A stretch of DNA of 29,956 bases from Candidatus Methylomirabilota bacterium (GTDB taxonomy: Bacteria; Methylomirabilota; Methylomirabilia; Rokubacteriales; DATEAO01), in the NCBI GenBank assembly GCA_035288345.1, contig DATEAO010000218.1, forward strand, positions 1 to 29,956. Direction: 5' to 3'. The number at the start of each line of letters is the position of its first letter. Within the stretch, counting starts at the first letter, position 1. Below, piece after piece: positions 7,952 to 15,576 of the stretch. The notes under the pieces are model-generated. The model was not told where the DNA came from and did no database searches. It worked only from the letters and a program-made list of their open reading frames with translations. A program made the position numbers and the translations under genes.

Positions 7952-8881
7952 TCAGAGATTCAGGCTCAGATACCGCTCGCCGGTATCCGGAAGCAGCGTG
8001 ACAACGGTTTTTCCCGGGCCGAGTCGCTCAGCCACCTGGAGCGCGGCCCAGACATTGGCCCCCGCCGAAATCCCGACCAGCAGCGCTTCCTCTCGGTTCA
8101 GACGCTTGGTGGTGGCGTACGCATCCTCGTCACGCACCTGGATGATCTCGTCATAGACGTCGCGATTCAACACCCCGGGAACAAACGAAGCGCCGATCCC
8201 CTGAATACCGTGAGGCCGACCCCTGCCACCAGAGAGGACGGGAGAGCGCGCGGGCTCGACCGCGATGATGAAGATGCGCTCCAGCTTCTCACGAAGCACT
8301 TCTCCAACGCCCGTGATGGTTCCTCCGGTCCCCACCCCGCTCACAAACGCGTTGAGGCGCCCCTCGGTGGCCTCGAGAATCTCTTGCGCCGTGGTGCGGC
8401 GATGGATATCAGGATTGGCCGGGTTCTGAAACTGCTGGGGCATGAAGTAGTCGGGGTGCTTTGCCTTCAGCTCCTCAGCCGCAAACACCGCGCCGGTCAT
8501 CCCCTCGATGGCGGAAGTGAGGATCAGCTCCGCGCCAAATCGTGAGAGCAGGCGTTGGCGCTCCACACTCATGTCATCCGGCATTGTCAGGATGAGCCGA
8601 TAGCCCTTCACTGCCGCAACCATGGCGAGACCGATCCCGGTGTTTCCGCTCGTGGCCTCAACGATGGTGCCGCCGGGCCTCAGGAGGCCCCGCCGCTCCG
8701 CATCCTCGACCATCGAGAGGGCAATGCGGTCCTTTACGCTCCCGGCCGGGTTCAGAGATTCCATCTTGGCGTAGATCGTGGCGGTCCCCGGCTTTGGCAA
8801 TCGGTTGAGACGGACCAGGGGCGTGTTCCCGATCAGATCAAGAACTGAGTCAACTCGGCTTGGGCGGTTTTGTGGGGCCAT
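7952..8881 (-). CDS. cysK: Cysteine synthase (O-acetylserine sulfhydrylase A type)
   Basis: NPAGSVKDRIA (PLP Lys), TSGNTGIGLA, QQF.NPANP, GVGTGGT, IQGIG, PDTGERYLS. Confidence 0.93.
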   Translation of the reverse strand: MAPQNRPSRVDSVLDLIGNTPLVRLNRLPKPGTATIYAKMESLNPAGSVKDRIALSMVEDAERRGLLRPGGTIVEATSGNTGIGLAMVAAVKGYRLILTMPDDMSVERQRLLSRFGAELILTSAIEGMTGAVFAAEELKAKHPDYFMPQQFQNPANPDIHRRTTAQEILEATEGRLNAFVSGVGTGGTITGVGEVLREKLERIFIIAVEPARSPVLSGGRGRPHGIQGIGASFVPGVLNRDVYDEIIQVRDEDAYATTKRLNREEALLVGISAGANVWAALQVAERLGPGKTVVTLLPDTGERYLSLNL

Positions 8882-8886
8882 TCGTT

Positions 8887-8911
8887 CTATCTCTATAAAG
8901 TAATCGGGAAT
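8887..8911 (-). promoter_or_regulatory. Candidate Rrf2-family operator upstream of cysK
   Basis: AT-rich ATTCCCGATTACTTTATAGAGATAG; 17/25 match to the IscR type-1 consensus as recalled; ends 5 nt before the cysK ATG. Confidence 0.35.
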
Positions 8912-8922
8912 ACGCGCAAAAT

Positions 8923-9360
8923 TCAGATGTGGTACATCGGCCTCGCAGTTGCCTTTCGCTCGTGAGCTCGCTTGACGAGATCAGCGAAGGTGACCCGATC
9001 AATCACGTTCGACACGGCTTCCGACACGTCCCGCCAGAGCTCGCTCAGCTCGTCGTTGGAGTCGCGCCGACCAGGGCGACGAGTCGAGTCGAACAGCGAG
9101 AGCGATCCTTCAACCGCCCGGATCACCTCTCCTATCGAGATCTCTTCCGGTGGCCTCACCAAGTGGTACCCGCCCGCTGCCCCGCGACGGGAGACGAGGA
9201 ACCCGGCACGCTTCAACAGCAACAGGACCTGCTCCAAATAGCGTTGCGGGATCCCTTGTCGCTCGGCGATTCCGTGGATCGGGATCAAGCCTTTGTCATA
9301 GTTCATGGCGAGATCGAGCAGGGCCTTGATCGCGTACTCGCCTTTTGCAGAGATCCGCAT
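8923..9360 (-). CDS. cymR: Cysteine-free Rrf2 family regulator, CymR-like
   Basis: ISAKGEYA, YLEQ, SRRG..GGY.L, IR.VEG; no Cys residues; C-terminal MYHI resembles CymR MFYI; adjacent to cysK. Confidence 0.8.
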   Translation of the reverse strand: MRISAKGEYAIKALLDLAMNYDKGLIPIHGIAERQGIPQRYLEQVLLLLKRAGFLVSRRGAAGGYHLVRPPEEISIGEVIRAVEGSLSLFDSTRRPGRRDSNDELSELWRDVSEAVSNVIDRVTFADLVKRAHERKATARPMYHI

Positions 9361-9391
9361 TGCTCACCACCTCAAGGAAGACGCGACCTTA

Positions 9392-9421
9392 ACGGTACTA
9401 TGCGATTCTGCAAGCTGTCAA
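9392..9421 (-). promoter_or_regulatory. Candidate sigma70 promoter of cymR-cysK
   Basis: TTGACA (9416-9421), 18-nt spacer, TACCGT (9392-9397). Confidence 0.4.
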
Positions 9422-9429
9422 GGTACGAC

Positions 9430-9520
9430 GTGAACGTGACGCGTGAAGAGTGAGCACAACGCGAGAGATTCTTCGCCGGCGTTCTTTTACGCTTCACTCT
9501 TCACATTTCACGCTTCACGT
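9430..9520. repeat. 7-nt-period inverted-repeat hairpin (TTCACGC type)
   Basis: tttacgc ttcactc ttcacat ttcacgc ttcacgt (9486-9520) opposite GTGA units at 9430, 9436, 9443 and 9450; starts right after the hemB stop. Confidence 0.75.
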
Positions 9521-9521
9521 T

Positions 9522-10505
9522 CTAGAAGCGGCCGCGCTCCAGGATCCTGGCCGCGTCTTTGGCGAAGTAGGTGATCACAAGATCGGCGCCGGCCCGACGG
9601 ATCGCCGTCAGGACTTCCATGACAGAGCGTTCCTCATCGAGCCATCCGAACTGGCCCGCGGCTTTCAGCATCGAGTACTCGCCAGAGACTGAATAGGCGG
9701 CTACCGGGAGGCCGAACTCCCCTTTTACGCGCGCGATGACGTCGAGATAAGGAAGCGCGGGCTTGACCATGACGATGTCCGCGCCCTCATCGATGTCCAG
9801 GCCGACCTCGCGAAGCGCCTCCATCGCGTTGGCGGGGTCCATTTGGTACGCTCGGCGGTCCCCGAATTGAGGCGCTGAGTCGGCCGCGTCACGGAACGGG
9901 CCGTAGAAGCTGGAGGCGTATTTTGCCGAGTAGGCCATGATCGGGGTCTCTTGAAACCCCGATTCATCGAGCGCTTCGCGAATCGCGGCCACCCGGCCGT
10001 CCATCATGTCCGACGGCGCGACCATGTCCGAGCCGGCCTCGACCTGAGAGAGCGCCACGCGCGCAAGCAGCTCGACTGACGGGTCGTTCTTCACCCGCCC
10101 ATCTTCAACGACCCCACAGTGGCCGTGACTCGTGTACTGACAGAGACAGACATCAGTGATCACCAGCAAATCAGGGATGGTCTCTTTCACCGCCCTGGCC
10201 GCCTGCTGGACAATGCCATCCTCCGCGTACGCCTCGGACCCTCGGGGATCTTTGGTGGCGGGAATGCCGAAGAGCAGGATCGCCGGGATCCCCATCCCCG
10301 CAATGTCCTTCGCCTCTTTGACCAGCTCGTCCACCGAGAGCCGGCACTGCCCAGGCATGGCGGGGATCGGTTCACGCACTCCCCGGCCATGGACGGCAAA
10401 GAGCGGAGCAATCAGGTCGTCAACGTCCAACCGCGCCTCGCGGACCATCCGCCGCAAGAGCGGAGATTCACGAAGGCGACGAGGACGGTAGAGCGGGTAC
10501 GGCAT
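9522..10505 (-). CDS. hemB: Porphobilinogen synthase
   Basis: [20 protein letters not shown] (Zn-binding Cys triad), [27 protein letters not shown]; AAGGAG RBS. Confidence 0.97.
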   Translation of the reverse strand: MPYPLYRPRRLRESPLLRRMVREARLDVDDLIAPLFAVHGRGVREPIPAMPGQCRLSVDELVKEAKDIAGMGIPAILLFGIPATKDPRGSEAYAEDGIVQQAARAVKETIPDLLVITDVCLCQYTSHGHCGVVEDGRVKNDPSVELLARVALSQVEAGSDMVAPSDMMDGRVAAIREALDESGFQETPIMAYSAKYASSFYGPFRDAADSAPQFGDRRAYQMDPANAMEALREVGLDIDEGADIVMVKPALPYLDVIARVKGEFGLPVAAYSVSGEYSMLKAAGQFGWLDEERSVMEVLTAIRRAGADLVITYFAKDAARILERGRF

Positions 10506-10560
10506 CACACACTCCTTTCAGAGAAGCGGCAGCCTCGCTTCGACACTGGGCACGCGTCGT

Positions 10561-12096
10561 TCATTTCGCTCTCTTGAAGTGGCTGACAATCGCTTCCACC
10601 AGCGCAGGGACTGTGGACTGCCCTGGCATAATCGCGGTCTCAAAGCCGAACTCACGCACTGTCTCCGCGGTGATCGGGCCGATGGCGGCTATGATAACAC
10701 CGTTGAGGCGCCGAGTCTCCTCATCGGAAAGGAGTGACATGAAATTCTTCACCGATGATGAGCTGGTGAACGTGACGAGATGTATGCGCCCCTCCTGGAG
10801 CTCCCGTCGAAGCGCGTCAGCCCCCTCTTTGACCGGACAGGTCTGATACGCTGGAACGGACACAACAGTGGCTCCCATTCGGGCGAGCTCGCGTGGTATG
10901 AGATCGCGGGCCTCCGCTGCCGCGGGAAGGAGAATTCTCGTGCCATGGGTGAGCCTTCCCTGGAACTCGGCCACCAACCCCTCTCCCCGAAACTCAGCGG
11001 GAATCAGGTCAGGCTCGAGGCCGTGACGGCGGAGGCTCTCAGCCGTCTCGGACCCGATCGCCGCCACTTTCGTTTGGGCGAGCGACCGAGCGTCGCGCTT
11101 CTGGTTGGTCAGACGCCTGAAGAATTGCTCAACGCCGTTTGCGCTTGTAAACACGACCCAGTGGAATGTGGCGAGGTCCCGAATGGTCTGATCAAGCGGC
11201 CCCCAAGACTCCGGCGGCTCGATCCTGATGGTCGGCAGGTGGTAAACCTCAGCGCCTTCCGCCTCGAGCAGGCGTCCCAGCCGGCCCGCTTGGTGCGGGG
11301 GGCGTGTCACGACGATCCGTTTCCCGAAGAGCGGAAGCTGTTCGTACCACTGGAGGTGATCACGAAGCCCGGCCACCCGGCCGATAACCACGACCACGGG
11401 AGGCGTGAGCTGCTCCGCTGTCACGATATCAGCGATCGTTGCGAGCGTTCCCGTGACGGTGCGCTGCTCTGCCGTAGTCCCCCGGTGGATCACGGCCACT
11501 GGCTCACTGGGTGGGCGGCCGTGTTTGATCAGCGCGCGCGCAATGGTCAGGAGGTTGGTCAGCCCCATCAGCACCACGATCGTGTCCCCGCTCTTGGCCA
11601 GCTCGGCCCAGCGGATTGTGGATTTCTTTGTCGGCGTATCCTTGTGCCCCGTGAGGAAAACGACATTCGATGCGAGGTCTCGATGAGTCAGCGGGATTCC
11701 CGCGTAGGCGGGGACTGCCACCGCGGAGGTCACCCCGGGCACAATCTCGAAGGGAATCCCGTGCTCAGCGAGATACTCGGCCTCCTCCCCTCCCCGCCCG
11801 AAAATAAACGGGTCCCCCCCCTTCAGCCTGACCACGCTGTTTCCAGCCTTGGCGCGATCAACAAGGAGCCGGTTGATCTCCTCCTGGTCAACCGGATGAG
11901 CGCCTGGCTCCTTCCCCACGTAGCAGCGCTCAGCCGAAAGAGGCGCGAGATCAAGCAGTGACGGATTGGTGAGACGATCGTACACCACGACGTCAGCCGA
12001 CTCGAGCGCGCGAAGCCCTTTCAGCGTCAGCAGCCCCGGGTCGCCTGGCCCGGCTCCGACCAGGTAAACTTTCCCGCGCTTCTCCAACGGCGTCAT
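10561..12096 (-). CDS. cobA-hemD: Uroporphyrinogen-III C-methyltransferase / uroporphyrinogen-III synthase fusion
   Basis: N-terminal VYLVGAGPGDP, RLKGGDP..FGRGGEE; C-terminal VVTRP, FTSANGV, FTSSSSV, IGPIT. Confidence 0.95.
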   Translation of the reverse strand: MTPLEKRGKVYLVGAGPGDPGLLTLKGLRALESADVVVYDRLTNPSLLDLAPLSAERCYVGKEPGAHPVDQEEINRLLVDRAKAGNSVVRLKGGDPFIFGRGGEEAEYLAEHGIPFEIVPGVTSAVAVPAYAGIPLTHRDLASNVVFLTGHKDTPTKKSTIRWAELAKSGDTIVVLMGLTNLLTIARALIKHGRPPSEPVAVIHRGTTAEQRTVTGTLATIADIVTAEQLTPPVVVVIGRVAGLRDHLQWYEQLPLFGKRIVVTRPPHQAGRLGRLLEAEGAEVYHLPTIRIEPPESWGPLDQTIRDLATFHWVVFTSANGVEQFFRRLTNQKRDARSLAQTKVAAIGSETAESLRRHGLEPDLIPAEFRGEGLVAEFQGRLTHGTRILLPAAAEARDLIPRELARMGATVVSVPAYQTCPVKEGADALRRELQEGRIHLVTFTSSSSVKNFMSLLSDEETRRLNGVIIAAIGPITAETVREFGFETAIMPGQSTVPALVEAIVSHFKRAK

Positions 12097-13013
12097 TGAG
12101 TGGCCTTCATCAACTTGTCGGCGCCCCGGCCCAAGAGCTGCTCAGCCAACTGCGCGCCAAGCGCAGCCGCTTGGTCGAGGGGCCCTGACACTTGGTCCCT
12201 CAGGAGCTGCTGCCCATCAAGGGTTCCGACCAAACCGGTCAATCGGAGTTCTTGTTCAACGACCCGGGCATGGCCGGCCAACGGGGTGTGGCAGCTTCCG
12301 CCAATCGCGCTGAGAAATGACCGCTCCGCGAGTGCTTCACAACGGGTCAGCGCGTGGTCCAGCGGCCCCAACAGCGCATTGACCCGCTTGTCCTCGGCCC
12401 GTGCTTCAATCGCGAGAATGCCCTGACCGATTGCGGGAACGAACTCGTCAGGGGAGAGCCAGTGAGCGGTTTCAGGGTCGAGACCGAGGCGCTTGAGGCC
12501 GGCTGCAGCCAGCACGATCGCGTCCAAAGAAAGATCGTTGAGCTTCCGGAGCCGTGTATCGATATTCCCGCGGAGCGGCTCGATCTGAAGGTCCGGGCGA
12601 ATCGAGAGGAGCTGCACGCGTCGCCTGAGGCTGGAGGTTCCCACCCTCGCGTTCGACGGAAGCGCCTTGAGGTCGCCTCGGGCGCGGCCGATCAGCACGT
12701 CACGCGGATCGTCGCGGGGTGGGAATGCTGAGAGCGTTAACGGCTCGGGAAGTGTGACGGGAAGGTCCTTGAGGCTATGGACCGCGCAATCCACCCCACC
12801 GCCCACAAGCGCTTCCTCGATCTCTTTGACAAAGAGCCCCTTGCCCCCGAGATCAGCCAGCGCGACCTGCGCCAGCCGGTCTCCTGACGTTTTGATGGGG
12901 ACGATCTCCAGTCTGAGCGACGGCCACGCAGAGCTGAGCAGCTCAGACACCAGCTCAGCTTGCCGAATCGCCAACGGGCTCCCGCGGCTTCCGATTCGGA
13001 GCCGCTCAGTCAT
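12093..13013 (-). CDS. hemC: Hydroxymethylbilane synthase
   Basis: IGSRGSPLA, TSGD, GKGLFVKE, VHSLKD, GTSSLRR, RGNIDTRL, GGSC; ATG 13013 overlaps the hemA end. Confidence 0.96.
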   Translation of the reverse strand: MTERLRIGSRGSPLAIRQAELVSELLSSAWPSLRLEIVPIKTSGDRLAQVALADLGGKGLFVKEIEEALVGGGVDCAVHSLKDLPVTLPEPLTLSAFPPRDDPRDVLIGRARGDLKALPSNARVGTSSLRRRVQLLSIRPDLQIEPLRGNIDTRLRKLNDLSLDAIVLAAAGLKRLGLDPETAHWLSPDEFVPAIGQGILAIEARAEDKRVNALLGPLDHALTRCEALAERSFLSAIGGSCHTPLAGHARVVEQELRLTGLVGTLDGQQLLRDQVSGPLDQAAALGAQLAEQLLGRGADKLMKATQ

Positions 13014-14289
13014 TTCCAGGGTCTCGGGGCGCCAGGCCGAACAGCTCCTGAACGGCCTCCACCCACGAGCGTTCGTGACCACTCCGGGATGATTGCCGCA
13101 GTTTGGTGATGGGCGTGTGGAGAATCTTGTTCACGATGGCATTCGACATCGCCTCAACCGCGGCTCGCGTCTCCTCCGGCGCGTGAGGCAGGCGGGAGAG
13201 TGTTTTCGCCACCTCGGCCTGACGGATTGACTCCAGCTTCTCTCTGAGCTGCACGATCGTGGGCACCACCTCAAGGTCTTTCAGCCGGGCTCCGAACCGA
13301 TCCACCTCTCGCTGAACCAGCAGCTCCGCCTGCTCGGCTTCTCTCAGCCGCTCCCTGATATTGGCGTCCACCACCTGGCGAAGGTCGTCGATGTCGTAGC
13401 AGAAGACGTTCTCGAGGTCATTCACCCCACGCTCCACATCACGAGGGACCGCGATGTCGATGAAGAAGATCGGGCGAGAGCGACGGGCATGCAGCGCTGC
13501 CCGAACCGCGTCAACGCTCACAATCGGCTCCGGAGCGCCCGTCGAGCTGATCACGATGTCGACGTCGGGAAGCACCGAGCGGAAATCCTCGAACCGGAGC
13601 GCCTGACCGTGGAGCGCGCGGGCCATCTCGTGGGCGCGCGCCCAGGTCCGGTTCGTCACGTAGATAGGGAACGCGCCGTGGTCCACGAGATTGCGCGCGG
13701 CCTGCTCGCTCATCTTCCCGGCGCCGATTAACAAAACCGATTTTCCCCTCAAGCTTCCAAAGATCTTCCGGGCCAGCTCCACGGCCGCCACGCTCGCCGA
13801 GACCGCATGGCGGGCCACTCCGGTTTCAGTCCTGACCTTCTTGGCCACAAAAAACGCTTGGGTCATGACCGTGTGAAGCATGGGGCCGATGGTCTGGCAC
13901 TCCTGGGCGACCTGAAACGCGTCCTTGACCTGTCCCAGGATTTGCGGTTCACCAAGGATCATCGAGTCGAGGCTCGCGGCGACTCTGAAACAGTGCTGGA
14001 CCGCCTCACTGCTGACTTTCGCGTAGAGAAACGGCTCGAGGGAGGAGATCTCCAGCCCCCGCTGACGGCAAAGCGCTCCCAGCCCCAGGAGTTGCGTCTC
14101 CTCGGCCGGGGCGCCGCTGCTGTAGATCTCGACCCGGTTGCACGTAGAGAGGATCATCACCTCGTCGAGGCGGCCGTCGTCATGCAGGTCCCGCAGGATC
14201 TCCCGGAGCTTCTCGGGATCGACCGCAAGCTGCTCTCTGACCGAGACCGGCGCGGTCTTATGGTTCAGCCCGACAACACAAAAATCCAT
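13006..14289 (-). CDS. hemA: Glutamyl-tRNA reductase
   Basis: GLNHKTAPV, STCNRVE, SLDSMILGEPQILGQVK, GAGKM, DIAVPRD. Confidence 0.97.
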   Translation of the reverse strand: MDFCVVGLNHKTAPVSVREQLAVDPEKLREILRDLHDDGRLDEVMILSTCNRVEIYSSGAPAEETQLLGLGALCRQRGLEISSLEPFLYAKVSSEAVQHCFRVAASLDSMILGEPQILGQVKDAFQVAQECQTIGPMLHTVMTQAFFVAKKVRTETGVARHAVSASVAAVELARKIFGSLRGKSVLLIGAGKMSEQAARNLVDHGAFPIYVTNRTWARAHEMARALHGQALRFEDFRSVLPDVDIVISSTGAPEPIVSVDAVRAALHARRSRPIFFIDIAVPRDVERGVNDLENVFCYDIDDLRQVVDANIRERLREAEQAELLVQREVDRFGARLKDLEVVPTIVQLREKLESIRQAEVAKTLSRLPHAPEETRAAVEAMSNAIVNKILHTPITKLRQSSRSGHERSWVEAVQELFGLAPRDPGND

Positions 14290-14302
14290 GCCTCACCCAG
14301 TA

Positions 14303-14406
14303 CGGATGTCGGATGTCAGGTCTCGGATGTCAGATAGCAGGGTCCGACCAAGTGACATCCGAGATCCAGCATCCATACTGACATCTGACATCCGTCATCC
14401 GTGACC
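14303..14406. repeat. 7-nt-period inverted-repeat hairpin (GGATGTC/GACATCC type)
   Basis: cggatgt cggatgt caggtct cggatgt cagatag ... tgacatc cgagatc cagcatc..tgacatc tgacatc cgtcatc; starts 2 nt after the ccsA stop. Confidence 0.75.
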
Positions 14407-14408
14407 CT

Positions 14409-15221
14409 TTAAAAGGTGATGTGGCGACCGGGAAGCAGCCAGCCAACGCCAAATGTGAGAAGCAGAACCGCGAATCCCACAATTGCCCCGTACGCGGCCC
14501 GGCGCCCGCGCCATCCCGCCACGGCGCGTCCTCCCAAGGTTGCGGCATAGATCAACCATGCCAGCAGAGAAAAGAGGGCAAGGGGATCCCACGCGAGCAA
14601 CGATCCCCACGCGCTTTTTGCCCAGACCACGCCGAGAATCAGGGAGACCGTGAGAAATGGGAATCCCAACGTGAGCGTCCGAAACGTGAGACGGTCGAGG
14701 GTCTCGAGTGACGGCAGCCGATAGTAGAAGGCGCCGAGCCGCTTCGATTTCAGCTCGCGTTCCTGAATCAGGTACATCAGGCTTCCGGCAAAGTTAAGGA
14801 CAAAGGCCGCGATCCCCAACATGGCCAGCGTCACGTGCACCCCGATCCACGCGCTGCGAAGCGCGGGAGGCAGGGCCCTGATCTCTCCCGGCAACGTTGC
14901 CGCAGAGAGGCCAAAGGCGAGCACCACGGGGAGCACGAACGCCCCGAGCACCGGCACCCGATACTGGCGCTCGGACCAGAGCTCGAAAAGGACCGCAACC
15001 CAGACAAGAAGCGACACTCCTTCCTGAAAATTCCCCATGGGGGGACGCCCGATCTCGATGCCCCAAATCACCAGCGAAAACGTGTGAAGGAGCCACCCGA
15101 CCTGGGTGGCTCCCCGCGCATAGCGCGCCACCCGCTCCTGCCTTTGAAGGAGGTAAAGCAGCGCCAGCCCGGTCCCCGCCAGGTAGGCGGCAAGCGCGAA
15201 AGAAAAGATAGATTGGCTCAC
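14409..15221 (-). CDS. ccsA: CcsA/HemX-like heme-handling membrane protein
   Basis: About 8 TM segments; LPSLE.LD, GFPFLT..LILG..WA..AWG...WDP; three His in or near TMs; GTG start at 15221. Confidence 0.85.
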   Translation of the reverse strand: MSQSIFSFALAAYLAGTGLALLYLLQRQERVARYARGATQVGWLLHTFSLVIWGIEIGRPPMGNFQEGVSLLVWVAVLFELWSERQYRVPVLGAFVLPVVLAFGLSAATLPGEIRALPPALRSAWIGVHVTLAMLGIAAFVLNFAGSLMYLIQERELKSKRLGAFYYRLPSLETLDRLTFRTLTLGFPFLTVSLILGVVWAKSAWGSLLAWDPLALFSLLAWLIYAATLGGRAVAGWRGRRAAYGAIVGFAVLLLTFGVGWLLPGRHITF

Positions 15222-15273
15222 AGTGCCTTCAGGATACCATGGTCTGACTTGGTGGGAACCCCCGCCCTTTCCG

Positions 15274-15451
15274 CGGTACTGGGTCAATTTGCTTCGCCAC
15301 ACTTCGTTCTCGGTCGTCGCCAGCCCTCAACGTAGAACCACGTACGCCTCGGGCTGGCCGCTTTCGCTTGTCTCCCAAGTTGCTCGCCTGCGGCTGCAGC
15401 TCGCTCTACAGTCCTCGGGCCTCGTCTGGCTCGCAACTTGGCCCAGTACCG
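15274..15451. mobile_element. 178-bp MITE/REP composite
   Basis: Terminal inverted repeats CGGTACTGGGTCAATTTGC / GCAACTTGGCCCAGTACCG (17/19); internal GCCAGCCC/GGGCTGGC stem; shares its core with 7431-7467 and AGTTGCTCGCCT with the 28.6-kb insert. Confidence 0.65.
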
Positions 15452-15576
15452 GGACCTAAACTGATCCAGCACCCTTTGCTCCCTCCCGAGGAGGAGAATC
15501 GGGCAAACTGGAGTCTTGGAACGTATCGGGCGTTGTGAGTGGAGAGGCAGGTGAGAGGCGGAACGGTCGGGCGCGG

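Noticed and set aside
10780-11961. Long plus-strand ORFs such as 10780-11961, 2566-3468 and 23635-25230
   Set aside because: Antisense shadows of well-supported minus-strand genes, expected at high GC
7883-14406. Heptamer repeats as CRISPR arrays
   Set aside because: 7-nt degenerate units without spacers; no cas genes
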